DNA from: Phycisphaeraceae bacterium | GTDB lineage: Bacteria > Planctomycetota > Phycisphaerae > Phycisphaerales > Phycisphaeraceae | Reading direction: 5' to 3' | Assembly: GCA_963674705.1 (NCBI GenBank) | Contig: OY771506.1 | Location: forward strand, 2,464,001 to 2,528,000 | Length of the DNA stretch: 64,000 nucleotides | Shown: positions 1 through 12,432 of the stretch, piece by piece | Layout of the letters: the number at the start of each line of letters is the position of its first letter | How positions within the stretch are numbered: the first letter of the stretch is position 1 | Notes under the pieces: model-generated | What the model saw: the letters and a program-made list of their open reading frames with translations, nothing else | The model's database searches: none | Told to the model about the DNA's origin: nothing | Program-made: the position numbers and the translations under genes

Positions 1-1015
1 GCGCTTCCCAGAACATGAGGCGCAACTGCTATACCTGCTGGCGATGCGGTATGTCGATCAGGGTGATCAGAAAGCCAGTGAACAACTGCTCCGCGATATC
101 CTTGCCAAGCACCCGGACCACGGCCCGTCGAATAACGGCCTTGGCTACGCGATGCTGATGCGTGATGAAGATCCCGGCAAGGCGCTGCAGATGATCCAAC
201 GTGCCGTCGACAGCGATCCGGAAAACGATGCGTTCATGGATTCGCTAGGCTGGGCGTACTACAAGCTGGGCAAGTTTGAGGATGCCGAGGTCTGGCTGAG
301 TAAAGCCAAGGAAGCGGCGATGCTCCGTTATCGCGCCGAGTCAGGCCGGGTTGGGTCCGCCACGCTTGCTGTGGTCAACGATCATTTGGGTGATACGTTG
401 TATCAATTGGGTCGTGAGGCTGAAGCGATGCGTAGCTGGTCCGAGGCGGGCGGCCACATGCGTCGTGTCACGCCGGAAGAGAAGCAACTGGACCCCGAAC
501 TGGAAGACCTGGTCCAACGGGTGACCGACAAGATCAAAGCCGTACGCGGCAAAACCCCCGTGCCTGTTGCGAATGTTCCCGAACCACCCAAGAAGGAAGT
601 AGCCCCCAAGCAAGCCGACAAACCTGAGCAGGCAAAGAAGCCTGCTGCGCAACCGGAACCCGAATCCAAACCCGAACCAAAACCAGAAGCGAAAACCCAG
701 CCCGAACCCAAACCTGATCCGAAGCCTGAAGCGAAACCCGAGCCGGAATCCAAACCCAAGGCCGACGAAACGTCGAGCGAGTCCAAGCCCCAACCCGAGC
801 CGGATAAAGCGCCTGAGCAAAAACCCGAGTCCAAACCCCAACCGCAGCCTGAACCGGAACCCGTTGCGGAGCAATCACCGGCTCCTTCAACAGATACCCC
901 TGAAGCACAACCGGATGTCCAGCAAAAGCCAGAATCTGACACCGAGGCTAAACCTGCAGACGATCCGGAGAAAGCACCCGCAGACGAGGCCGAACCTGCC
1001 CCCGCATCGTCTTGA
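1..1015 (+). CDS. TPR-repeat protein, 5'-truncated by window edge, with a long Pro/Glu/Lys-rich disordered C-terminal tail
   Basis: TPR signatures NGLGYAML...AFMDSLGWAYYKLG and DHLGDTLYQLG, followed by ~150 aa of PEPK/PESK repeats. The frame appears open upstream of the ATG at 44. Confidence 0.85.
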   Translation, partial: RFPEHEAQLLYLLAMRYVDQGDQKASEQLLRDILAKHPDHGPSNNGLGYAMLMRDEDPGKALQMIQRAVDSDPENDAFMDSLGWAYYKLGKFEDAEVWLSKAKEAAMLRYRAESGRVGSATLAVVNDHLGDTLYQLGREAEAMRSWSEAGGHMRRVTPEEKQLDPELEDLVQRVTDKIKAVRGKTPVPVANVPEPPKKEVAPKQADKPEQAKKPAAQPEPESKPEPKPEAKTQPEPKPDPKPEAKPEPESKPKADETSSESKPQPEPDKAPEQKPESKPQPQPEPEPVAEQSPAPSTDTPEAQPDVQQKPESDTEAKPADDPEKAPADEAEPAPASS

Positions 1016-1100
1016 TCCGATCCTCCAAATCATCGCAAAATAAACGCTTGGCGAAGCCTTTTCCGCAGCCATAAAACAGCGGACAAGCCCCTCTTTCTAG

Positions 1101-3800
<2,700 letters not shown>

Positions 3801-3980
3801 AACATCCTGTTTTCTGGATGCAGCAGGTGGGTCTCGATCTGTGCGCTTGAGGCGCTCCACACTTTGGGCCTTCATTTTTCATTTACATCTGATAATATCT
3901 GACTGACACATCGGCTATCGCATATCGGGGCCGGTGCGTTATGATGCTCGCATATGATCTGATATTAGGGGACATTGAAA

Positions 3981-4532
3981 ATGCAAGAACCCGGCCACTT
4001 TAACGCCTTTGACACCTCGCCCGAACCATCGCCGCAGCGTAAAGGGATGCCTTGGTGGGGGTGGTTGATCATTACAGGTGTTGTCGTCATTGTGTTGCCT
4101 TGCTTCGGTTGCGTTGGGTGGTTTGCGTATGTCGTTACCGTCGCACCGGAAACGAGCGTATACACCGGCAACCAGGTGCCCCAGCGCTTTCTTGATACGG
4201 CCGCGGATGTCGGTGCGCTTGAGCCTGATGAGAAGATCAAGTTCTTCTACTCCGATGCGATATCCGATATCCGTGATGGTTTTTACTTTGTCAGTAATAA
4301 ACGGGTTGTGATCTACAGCGAAGACGATTCGACACAACCACTGACGGTCGTCGAGTTCGACCAGATCGAAGAGGCCAGCCTGGTGCGTGACACATCCTTC
4401 ATCAATGACAGCACGATATACATTGACCTGAAAGATGGTACGCCGATCTCGTTCCCGGTTTCCAGTGAGAATGACGGCGATGTCCGTTTCTTCGAAGCCA
4501 TCGAGGATAGCTACGATGCGCCGGACAATTAA
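3981..4532 (+). CDS. Hypothetical single-pass membrane protein with possible PH-like C-terminal domain
   Basis: N-terminal hydrophobic helix WWGWLIITGVVVIVLPCFGC followed by a soluble beta-rich region. Start ATG 3981 or TTG 3975. Confidence 0.65.
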   Translation: MQEPGHFNAFDTSPEPSPQRKGMPWWGWLIITGVVVIVLPCFGCVGWFAYVVTVAPETSVYTGNQVPQRFLDTAADVGALEPDEKIKFFYSDAISDIRDGFYFVSNKRVVIYSEDDSTQPLTVVEFDQIEEASLVRDTSFINDSTIYIDLKDGTPISFPVSSENDGDVRFFEAIEDSYDAPDN

Positions 4533-4569
4533 GGTGCGTTAAACCACTTCAGGGTGAGAAAGGCTTGCC

Positions 4570-4947
4570 ATGCGTCTGGAAACAACCGACCGGGTTTTTG
4601 AATCGATCGACGATTACACCATCACCGAGGCGGTGAACGCTGTAGCGGAGATGAAGACGGAGTTTGCGATCCTGACGCTGGACGACGGCTCATTCATGCA
4701 GACCGCCGGCGGGACCAAGGGCATGGTCCTGGAATACCGCGAAAACCAAAGCGACGAACACTTCACCGCCAGCGGCGAAAAACTGTCTGCTGAAGATGTG
4801 ATCGCAGCGTTTGAGTCATTCGCCAGTGGTGACGATGCATACAAACAAGCGGCCGACTGGCAACCGCTTGAAGAAAAAGCCACAGGCTGCGGCAGCGCGG
4901 TCCTGCTGCTGATTGCGTTGCCATCGCTGGCGTATCTGTTGAGTTAA
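4570..4947 (+). CDS. Hypothetical protein with C-terminal Gly-Cys plus hydrophobic anchor
   Basis: 125-aa ORF with coding-like codon usage ending TGCGSAVLLLIALPSLAYLLS. Confidence 0.65.
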   Translation: MRLETTDRVFESIDDYTITEAVNAVAEMKTEFAILTLDDGSFMQTAGGTKGMVLEYRENQSDEHFTASGEKLSAEDVIAAFESFASGDDAYKQAADWQPLEEKATGCGSAVLLLIALPSLAYLLS

Positions 4948-4959
4948 ATCACATCTAAG

Positions 4960-5760
4960 TCAGGCCGGTTGTGTTCCACGCTGATATCGCACGATCTCAC
5001 GCGACAGGTCGGCCATGGTTTTGAGGCCTTCGATCTCGACACGAGTTGGAGGCAGGTATGAACTGATCCTCAACACAACCGATATGACTGTGAAAAGTAT
5101 TAACCAGTTTACCCAACTGATCAATGAGAAACCGAGAAACCAGCAGAATAAACTGAGTAAACCGCCCGACAATGTTAACATCCACAATGTGCCTGCAAGA
5201 GCGTTCAATTTTGAATAAGAGATCCTTAATCGAGATGCCAGTTGAGGGTTGATTTTAAATAACGCTTTACTGAATTCATCCGGGTTCCCACGTGCGATAC
5301 TGTTGATTGTGTCGGAAGGTCTGAACTGATAGGGTTCATGCATTGGTTTGGTCATGGCTAATCTGAAAGCCAGAAAAACCCCTGCCTCTTCACATGTCTG
5401 GCCAGCGATCCTTAATGGCGTGGGATCGAGTATCCGCACATTATGCTCTACAGCAAACCGACAGACATCTCGAATCGTTTTTTGTTTGGGTTTGTTTACA
5501 AACGTATACCACGCGTCAATATCGCAGTCCAAATGATAGTAATCGTGTAACCACTCGTACATGCCCGTCAAATCGAAGTAAGGCCCCCAAATATCATTAA
5601 AGGCATCCGACCAGTGATGCAAGCTCATTTCAGGGCCGAATGTGTGCTTGGGATTGGGCACGAAAAAGACGCTATGCGTCGCTGCCTCAAACGCAGCGAA
5701 GATATCCGCCTCGGTTGCAGGTCGGTAATTAAGTGGATAGTTGTCCCAGGTGGCTGGCAT
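4960..5760 (-). CDS. Hypothetical membrane protein, low GC, two C-terminal TM helices
   Basis: 266-aa ORF with upstream purine-rich AAGGAGG. Visibly AT-richer than flanking genes. Confidence 0.7.
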   Translation of the reverse strand: MPATWDNYPLNYRPATEADIFAAFEAATHSVFFVPNPKHTFGPEMSLHHWSDAFNDIWGPYFDLTGMYEWLHDYYHLDCDIDAWYTFVNKPKQKTIRDVCRFAVEHNVRILDPTPLRIAGQTCEEAGVFLAFRLAMTKPMHEPYQFRPSDTINSIARGNPDEFSKALFKINPQLASRLRISYSKLNALAGTLWMLTLSGGLLSLFCWFLGFSLISWVNWLILFTVISVVLRISSYLPPTRVEIEGLKTMADLSREIVRYQRGTQPA

Positions 5761-5927
5761 GGCGGGCCTCCTTTGGATTCAGGATAACGATATGTTGGAC
5801 ACAATCCAAGCTAAACATGGCGATCTGCGATCGCCCGCTAAACATTGCGTCATTATTGCTTTTCTGTCATAGCCGCGTTGCGACGCAACGCGGGCAGTGA
5901 ACCAAGCGTATCGATTAACACATGCCA

Positions 5928-5960
5928 ATAAAAAATCCCGCCGAATGAATCCGACGGGAT
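5928..5960 (-). terminator. Rho-independent terminator of rplM-rpsI
   Basis: ATCCCG...CGGGAT stem with an A-run on the + side (U-tail on -), just downstream of the rpsI stop. Confidence 0.75.
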
Positions 5961-5986
5961 CGTGTGGTCTGGTTTGGTAAGCGTGA

Positions 5987-6460
5987 TTAACGCTTGGAGA
6001 ACTGGAAGCGACGGCGGGCGCCGGGCTGGCCGGGCTTCTTGCGTTCGACTTCGCGGGGGTCGCGGGTCAGCAGGTTATGTGAACGCAGCGTGGCTTCGAG
6101 CGTCGGGTCATAACCCTTGAGGGCACGGGCGACGCCGAGGAGGATGGCCTCGGCCTGGCCGGTGATGCCGCCGCCGCTGACGTTGACATGCACGTCCAGC
6201 TTGCCGGCGGTGTCGGTGACTTCCAGCGGCTTCTGGCAGGCAGCCTTGTGCTGCAACTCGGAGAAGTACTCGTTGACGTCACGCTTATTGACGAGGAACT
6301 TGCCTTCGCCGGGCTTGACGCGGACGCGGGCCACGGAAGATTTACGTCGGCCGGTGCCCCAGACGAAGCCGCCCTTGTCAGGCTTGGCGGGCTCGGACAG
6401 CGGGCGTGTCTGCTCTTCAGCGGGGGTTTGCATCAGTGTCGAGGTCAGTTCTTCAGACAT
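5987..6460 (-). CDS. rpsI: 30S ribosomal protein S9
   Basis: GTGRRKSSVARV, GGGITGQAEAI and C-terminal ERKKPGQPGARRRFQFSKR. Confidence 0.98.
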   Translation of the reverse strand: MSEELTSTLMQTPAEEQTRPLSEPAKPDKGGFVWGTGRRKSSVARVRVKPGEGKFLVNKRDVNEYFSELQHKAACQKPLEVTDTAGKLDVHVNVSGGGITGQAEAILLGVARALKGYDPTLEATLRSHNLLTRDPREVERKKPGQPGARRRFQFSKR

Positions 6461-6549
6461 CGGTTGGGGTCTCGGGTGAGTTTAGGGTCTAGGTCGGTGT
6501 TGGGCCGCGTGCTGAAGCACGCTCGCCTCAGATATACCGGGGCCGGGGG

Positions 6550-6993
6550 TTACGCGGATTGCAGTTCCAAGGGTTTGGGGTCTTGAGCCTGATGCGGATG
6601 TTCCGGGCCGGCGTAGACCTTGAGCTTCTTGAGCATCGCAACGCCCATCTTGCTCTTGGGCAGCATCCTGCGGACGGCTTCGACAACCAGCAGTTCGGGC
6701 TTCGAGTCAACCATCTGACGATAGGTGAAGGTCTTCTGCCCGCCGGGGTGGCCGGAGTAGGTGCGGTAAAGCTTCTGGTCGAGCTTGTTGCCGGTCAGCT
6801 TGATCTTCTCGGCATTGGTCACGACCACGAAGTCGCCCACATCGTGATGCGGCGTGTACTGCGGCTTGTGCTTGCCCATGAGGATAGTTGCCAGGCGGGT
6901 CGCCATGCGTCCGAGCACCTGGTCCGTGGCGTCGACGATGTGCCAATCCTGTGGCACCTCGTTGTTTTTAGCGTGGAAAGTCTGCCGATTCAT
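6550..6993 (-). CDS. rplM: 50S ribosomal protein L13
   Basis: WHIVDATDQVLGRMA, GKHKPQYTPHHDVGD and LKVYAGPEHPHQAQ. Start taken at MNRQTF. Confidence 0.98.
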   Translation of the reverse strand: MNRQTFHAKNNEVPQDWHIVDATDQVLGRMATRLATILMGKHKPQYTPHHDVGDFVVVTNAEKIKLTGNKLDQKLYRTYSGHPGGQKTFTYRQMVDSKPELLVVEAVRRMLPKSKMGVAMLKKLKVYAGPEHPHQAQDPKPLELQSA

Positions 6994-7134
6994 CGGTTTA
7001 AGTCCGTATCTATGCGGTTGGATAATCGAATCGGTCATTGTAGTGAGCAGACCGGTGCTGTCAAACGTGGATGGGCGCGGTTCAGTTCCATCCCGGCCGG
7101 CTCAAGATACCTAACATAATGGTAACAAATAGGT

Positions 7135-9279
7135 TTATATTGCCGGTTCGAGTTCTTGAGAGTCACCGGCCTGGTCGAATATCTCGGTGCCATCTGTGGG
7201 TGGCGTGGGGAAAGATGCCCCGCAATGCTCACAGGCCATGCGGTCGACCCGTCGGGGCTTGCCACAATCCTGGCAGCGTAGCCGGGCGGGCCAGTCCTGC
7301 ATGCACAGCATCAACAGGATGCCGCAGGGCCCAAGCAGCAGGCCAAGTACCGCCCAGACTGTCTTAGGCACAGCCGCCAGCGCATTACGATGGCCGATCC
7401 ACAAGTTACCCACGAGACCCGCGATAGCTCCAATGAGCATGCACAAACCCATAACGATGTCGAGAGAGTTTTTCAGCAACGCTTGCGTGTACCCGATTTC
7501 CGTATACATGTACGTCGGCAAGGCAGTAAGTAATAACAGGGGCGCGGGCGGTGAGATCAACCCCCAGTATGGCTCGATGGTGGTGTCTATGTTTGGCCAC
7601 CTGTAAAAAGTGCGCGTGTCTGTGGGTAGTTCAAATGAGGAGATCAAACCCTGATTTACATCAAATATCTCAACCCTGTAAGGAGGGGTCGTGCTTTCCT
7701 TGTCATCTTCATCAATCGCATCCGAATCGGGGTTGAACCAGAGCACATAGCGATCCGGCTCGTCAAGCTTGTAGATATGCATCCAGCCATATGTTGCCGT
7801 ATCAACTTCGGGCACATGCCTGGCGAGTATGTTCATGTTGTTATCCAACAGGATGAGCCCATGGTTGGTTGAGATGGCATAACCCGCGTACTCGTAGTCA
7901 GTCTCCTGAGCTTCCATACCCATCCCGTAGCCACCCATCATGCCATAGGGCGAGTGGTTGATGTATTTTACGATACTTCCGATCTGAATGATCTGGTCGT
8001 TATCTTCGGGCTCAAACAATTCTATGGCGGTTCTCAGTGTGAGATTTACTTGATAGATTGCTTTGGTTGTGGCAAACAATCCGAAGATAGGTCCTTCCGG
8101 ATTCTGCCACAGCCGTTCTCCAGCAAACCGATCGGTTCGTGTTTCACCCGGCTTGGCGAAGCCTTCGGGGCCGATACTGCCAATCAGCGTTCGAGTCGGG
8201 ATGTTGTATCCCACGAAACGCCCGACGTCCGGCAGGTAATACCAAGTTTCCTGCTCAACCGTCCCGAGGTTGGCTCTCAGGTGGCGGATCTGATACCGGT
8301 AACGATAATCGCGTATTCGGATATCTGATGGTTTGATGATCAGGGTTGTCTGGGGCGGCGTCAACTGCTCGAGTGGATCTTTTGCACCGGGTATTGGGAT
8401 CATGTCGGGGATCGGATTACCTTCCTTGTCGTCAACAGCGATGCGCTCTGTGCCAAGAGATTTGATCACAGCGATACGTCCGTCACGTAACGGCTTATAG
8501 GAGAGTCGCTCCATCGGTTGCATCTGTGTATCGGTATGCGGGGGTGCAGGCAGAAAAGAAGCCACGGTGATGACGATGAACACGCCGGATAAAACCAAGC
8601 CTATAAGCAAGACACACGTTAGTGAGGTTTTGGAGAAAACACCTTGTGCGCGTATCTCACCACCTTTGATGAACGCCCCACGAACCGAGGTAACCATGAC
8701 GATGTCGAATACCACGATGGTCAGGATCGCCAGCTTGGCAATCGGTATAACGAGTACGAGAAATGTACAGAACAACGCCGCCACAAGCGGCAGACACCGG
8801 CTGGCGTACCAACGAGCGGATCGGCGTGCCACCAGCATCCCGGCGAAGTAGTAGGGCGTGCCCGCGAGGATATCTATGCATCCCGGAATAGTCATCTGCC
8901 AGTAAAACGGTCCAGCAACATTCCCGGGAATCTGCACCCAAACGACGCACAACATGAACGGGATCAGCATGGCGGCAAAATAGAGTGACAGACCCGCGAC
9001 GACCTTGCCCATGAACAACCGCTCGCGGCTGATCGGCCTATGCACCAGCACCGCCCAGTGGCCTTGACGCGTTTCGAAGATGACCTGTAAGAAACCAATA
9101 GCCGTGCCGATGATGGCGCCGATGCACGCGATCAATCCGGTGAACTCGTCCTCGGCGATTGTCTCCTGGGTGCGCACATTTTGGGCCAGCACCAACGTCA
9201 TCATCAATCCCGCACCGATCATCCCCAACAGCGCCCAGCCAATGTTCTCACGCCATTCTTTCCAGAGGATCGTTTTCAT
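7135..9279 (-). CDS. ABC-2-type permease-like membrane protein with large extracytoplasmic domain and C-terminal zinc ribbon
   Basis: Begins MKTILWKEWRE, has ~6 N-terminal TMs, a ~320-aa soluble region, further TMs and CQDC...CEHC. Overlaps the ATPase gene by 4 bp. Confidence 0.8.
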   Translation of the reverse strand: MKTILWKEWRENIGWALLGMIGAGLMMTLVLAQNVRTQETIAEDEFTGLIACIGAIIGTAIGFLQVIFETRQGHWAVLVHRPISRERLFMGKVVAGLSLYFAAMLIPFMLCVVWVQIPGNVAGPFYWQMTIPGCIDILAGTPYYFAGMLVARRSARWYASRCLPLVAALFCTFLVLVIPIAKLAILTIVVFDIVMVTSVRGAFIKGGEIRAQGVFSKTSLTCVLLIGLVLSGVFIVITVASFLPAPPHTDTQMQPMERLSYKPLRDGRIAVIKSLGTERIAVDDKEGNPIPDMIPIPGAKDPLEQLTPPQTTLIIKPSDIRIRDYRYRYQIRHLRANLGTVEQETWYYLPDVGRFVGYNIPTRTLIGSIGPEGFAKPGETRTDRFAGERLWQNPEGPIFGLFATTKAIYQVNLTLRTAIELFEPEDNDQIIQIGSIVKYINHSPYGMMGGYGMGMEAQETDYEYAGYAISTNHGLILLDNNMNILARHVPEVDTATYGWMHIYKLDEPDRYVLWFNPDSDAIDEDDKESTTPPYRVEIFDVNQGLISSFELPTDTRTFYRWPNIDTTIEPYWGLISPPAPLLLLTALPTYMYTEIGYTQALLKNSLDIVMGLCMLIGAIAGLVGNLWIGHRNALAAVPKTVWAVLGLLLGPCGILLMLCMQDWPARLRCQDCGKPRRVDRMACEHCGASFPTPPTDGTEIFDQAGDSQELEPAI

Positions 9280-10211
9280 TGTGAGGCCCCCACCTTATCG
9301 AAGAAGGATGTTCGTTCGCCCTTGTCACCCAGATAAGCCAGGAACGCTTCTTCCAGGCCCAGCGGGACCTGTTCGATTGAGCTTGCGCCGACATGGTTTA
9401 ATGCTTCATCTACTTCACCGTTGGCGTTAACCAGTGTCAGTTTCAGTTCGTTGCCTATATGCACACAGTGCAACATGCCCGGCATGCTCATAACGCGAGC
9501 CGAGTCAATGGGCACATCTTCGTAGCGCAGAATCACTTGACGAATCTGCTTACGGAAGGTCTCGACGCAGCAACAGGCTTTGAGCACATTGTGGTCCAGC
9601 ACCGCGATGCGGTCGGCGACGCGTTCCACATCGGATAGCAGGTGTGATGAGAAGAAGATCGTGCATCGCTTTTCACGGGTGACGTAGATCATCGATTCCA
9701 GAAACGCGTGTCTCGCAACGGGATCAAGCCCCAGTGCCGGATCGTCAAGGATCAACAGTTCCGGCTCGGTTGCCAGCGTCAACGCCAGGCACAATCCGGC
9801 TCTCATGCCGCGAGACAGATTCTTCACCTTGTCATCCGGCCCGATCCCAAAGTGCTCGAGCACGGCCTCGAACAGGTCCTTGTTCCATTTTGGGTAGGTC
9901 CCGCTCTGAAAACGTCCGGCTTCCTTGGCTTTCATCCAGCGGTAGAAGGGGTGGCCCTCCGGCATATAGCCGATCTTACCGCGGACATTGTCCGGTAGTT
10001 GTTGACTGTCGTGGCCGAAGATTGTTGCGCTTCCCCGTGTCGGGTCCAGCAATCCAAGCAGCATGCGGATCGCCGTGGTCTTGCCTGAACCGTTGCGCCC
10101 GAGGAATCCGAACACGCAGCCGCGCGGCACCTGCATGGACAGTTCCAACAATGCACACTTGGAGCCGAAGTACTTCGTCAGCCTGTCAGTCTGAATGACG
10201 GTGTCGGTCAT
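9276..10211 (-). CDS. ABC transporter ATP-binding protein (YtrB-like)
   Basis: Walker A GRNGSGKTT, signature LSRGM, Walker B LILDDP, and SSHLL. Confidence 0.93.
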   Translation of the reverse strand: MTDTVIQTDRLTKYFGSKCALLELSMQVPRGCVFGFLGRNGSGKTTAIRMLLGLLDPTRGSATIFGHDSQQLPDNVRGKIGYMPEGHPFYRWMKAKEAGRFQSGTYPKWNKDLFEAVLEHFGIGPDDKVKNLSRGMRAGLCLALTLATEPELLILDDPALGLDPVARHAFLESMIYVTREKRCTIFFSSHLLSDVERVADRIAVLDHNVLKACCCVETFRKQIRQVILRYEDVPIDSARVMSMPGMLHCVHIGNELKLTLVNANGEVDEALNHVGASSIEQVPLGLEEAFLAYLGDKGERTSFFDKVGASQ

Positions 10212-10618
10212 GGCTTTTCTCCGGAAGCAGGAGGTTTGCCCACCTGTTTCAAGGCTTGATCGAGCCGTTTGTGAAGTTCGCTGTTGTCCAGGTCAAGCAT
10301 CACGGACTGCTCCGCCAGTGCGTCAAGAAGTGGTTGAATCCGTCGCACACGCTCGGACTTGGTCAAGACGTCGCGCTTGTCTGTAATGAACATGCCCCGG
10401 CCGGGTTGGGACTCGATGACGCCATCGCGACGCAATTCGTTGTAGGCCTTGGCGACGGTATTGGGATTGATGACCAGCCGTTCGGCGAGCGTGCGGACGC
10501 TGGGGATGGCGTCGCCGGGTTGCATCTCACCGGTCGCCGCCGCCAGGCAGATCTGATCGACGATCTGGCGGTAGATCGGTGTGGGCGAGCCGGTCTTGAT
10601 GGTCAGGTTAGGTTTCAT
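10208..10618 (-). CDS. GntR-family transcriptional regulator, YtrA subfamily
   Basis: PIYRQIVDQI...PSVRTLAERLVINPNTVAKAYNEL...GRGMF with a short C-terminus, heading an ABC operon. Confidence 0.93.
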   Translation of the reverse strand: MKPNLTIKTGSPTPIYRQIVDQICLAAATGEMQPGDAIPSVRTLAERLVINPNTVAKAYNELRRDGVIESQPGRGMFITDKRDVLTKSERVRRIQPLLDALAEQSVMLDLDNSELHKRLDQALKQVGKPPASGEKP

Positions 10619-10624
10619 AGTATA

Positions 10625-10675
10625 ACTGTACTAGTACGACTAGTACAGTATTGGCCTGTCGCAGCCGGTTGTCAA
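10625..10675 (-). promoter_or_regulatory. Sigma70 promoter overlapped by a YtrA-type operator palindrome
   Basis: Perfect inverted repeat ACTGTACTAGT-ACG-ACTAGTACAGT (10625-10649), i.e. TGTA-N13-TACA. On the - strand TTGACA (10675-10670), 17 bp, then AATACT (10652-10647). Confidence 0.85.
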
Positions 10676-10699
10676 GGCAATTCCAGCTAAACTGTGAAA

Positions 10700-11116
10700 A
10701 TGGTTACTCAACAAACACTACGGATACAGACAAGCCGTCACGGGCAGATGCACGATCTGACCGGCGAGGTGGCCGGGATTGTCCGGGCGTCTGGGATCAA
10801 GATCGGGACCGTTACTATCTCTAACCTTGGCTCGACCGGGGCGATCGGGTGCATCGAGTTTGAGGACGGGCTGATGGAAGACCTGCCGGCGATCCTCGAC
10901 AAGCTAATTCCGCCGTCACGGGACTACGGACACGAGCGGGCCTGGCATGATGGCAACGGGCATTCGCACCTGCAGGCCACCTGGTTAGGTCAATCCCTGA
11001 CGCTGCCGATCACCGACGGCCAACCCAACCTCGGCACGTGGCAGCAGGTGTTCCATCTTGAATGCGATGTGAAACCACGGACGCGCACGATTGTGGTGAC
11101 GGTGATGGGGGAATGA
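10700..11116 (+). CDS. yjbQ: YjbQ/UPF0047 family protein (secondary thiamine-phosphate synthase-like)
   Basis: HDGNGHSHL and LGTWQQVFHLECD motifs. Confidence 0.88.
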   Translation: MVTQQTLRIQTSRHGQMHDLTGEVAGIVRASGIKIGTVTISNLGSTGAIGCIEFEDGLMEDLPAILDKLIPPSRDYGHERAWHDGNGHSHLQATWLGQSLTLPITDGQPNLGTWQQVFHLECDVKPRTRTIVVTVMGE

Positions 11117-11119
11117 GCT

Positions 11120-11212
11120 TAGCCGCGAATGGACGCAAATAGACGCGAATAGGAAGAATCGGTTTAGATTGATTCATATACATTTGCGTTGATTCGCGTT
11201 CATTTGCGGCTA
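11120..11212. repeat. 10-bp-periodic inverted-repeat element, family A, copy 1
   Basis: TAGCCGCGAATGGACGCAAATAGACGCGAAT ... ATTTGCGTTGATTCGCGTTCATTTGCGGCTA, between convergent genes. Confidence 0.85.
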
Positions 11213-11221
11213 TGAAGTTTC

Positions 11222-12364
11222 CTATACCCGCAGGAAGATCTTCTTCTTGTAGAGGAAGTAGAGGAACAGCCACTTCAGCGTGATGACGGCGAGGGTGATG
11301 ACCATCGGCTGCCAGTCTTTATCGAACAGTGAAGCGGTGCCGGTGAAGAGGAATTCGGCGGCGTGCTTGAAGTCGATCACGCGCGGGGCCATGTAGATGG
11401 TGATGGCATTGAGCCCGATGACACGGAAGAAGAAGGTCCACTTCTTGCATTCCCAGACATCGATCACGAGATAGAAAAGCGCCAATAGCAGCAGTGAGAT
11501 GCCACCGGCCTGCAGGTTGAAGGTCGTGGTCCAAGCGGCTTTGATCGGCGGGTACCACGGCGCGATTGCCAGGCCGATACCGAGGAACACGATGCCTGCC
11601 ACGGCCAGTTGCCAGGTCTTGCGGATGCCTGAGACATCAGGGCGACGTAGTGCGTGGCCGGCTAACGCGCCCAAAAGCGTGATACCTGTAGCCGAAACGA
11701 CACAGAGGATGCCTTCGGGATCGAACATCTGTACGCCATCGACCTTGCCGTAGAGGTTTCCTGGCAGGAGCATGCGGTCGATGTAGCCGTTGATACAGCC
11801 TTCGGGTGTAAGGACGCCCGCCCCAACACCCGGGACCGGTACAAATAGTTGGATGGCCGCGTACCCGATCAGGATGCCAAACAACCATGCCATGCGGGAC
11901 ATGAATGACTTCGTATACAAAACAATCAGCGAGGCAAACAGGTATGCGATCCCGATCTGGCCCAGCACACTCGGCCATCGCATTTCGGCGAACTTAAAGT
12001 TCAGGATATAGTTGCACACCCAACCAAGCAGGACCAACACGATCGCACGAATGACAACCTTGCGGACGATGTCTGTTTTACTCGCACCTTTCTGTCTGCG
12101 TGAACCCTGTGCGTAGGGGATCGCCACTCCGGAGATAAACATGAACAGCGGGAAGACCATATCCATGGCTTGCAGGCCTTCCCAATCGACATGTTCCAAT
12201 TGCTTATTCATCGCATCCGCCCAGCCCCAGTCCGTATTACGGGCGATGTGGTGGAAGATGCTGCTGCCCCCGATGATCCAGAACATGTCAAAGCCACGCA
12301 GCGTGTCCAGGGACCACAGGCGCTTGCTGGGCAGGTCGGTTTGCAGAACTTGGGTGTCTGACAT
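11222..12364 (-). CDS. Heparan-alpha-glucosaminide N-acetyltransferase-like (DUF5009/NagX-like) membrane protein
   Basis: RLWSLDTLRGFDMFWI, DMVFPLFMFISG, FDPEGIL and GLNAITIY motifs; multiple TMs. Start taken at MSDTQ. Confidence 0.85.
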   Translation of the reverse strand: MSDTQVLQTDLPSKRLWSLDTLRGFDMFWIIGGSSIFHHIARNTDWGWADAMNKQLEHVDWEGLQAMDMVFPLFMFISGVAIPYAQGSRRQKGASKTDIVRKVVIRAIVLVLLGWVCNYILNFKFAEMRWPSVLGQIGIAYLFASLIVLYTKSFMSRMAWLFGILIGYAAIQLFVPVPGVGAGVLTPEGCINGYIDRMLLPGNLYGKVDGVQMFDPEGILCVVSATGITLLGALAGHALRRPDVSGIRKTWQLAVAGIVFLGIGLAIAPWYPPIKAAWTTTFNLQAGGISLLLLALFYLVIDVWECKKWTFFFRVIGLNAITIYMAPRVIDFKHAAEFLFTGTASLFDKDWQPMVITLAVITLKWLFLYFLYKKKIFLRV

Positions 12365-12432
12365 CAGGGCGTCTCCGGTGGAATTGGAGGCGCAGTATAA
12401 CGTCAGCAACAGTCGGATAGGATTATTGGGGA

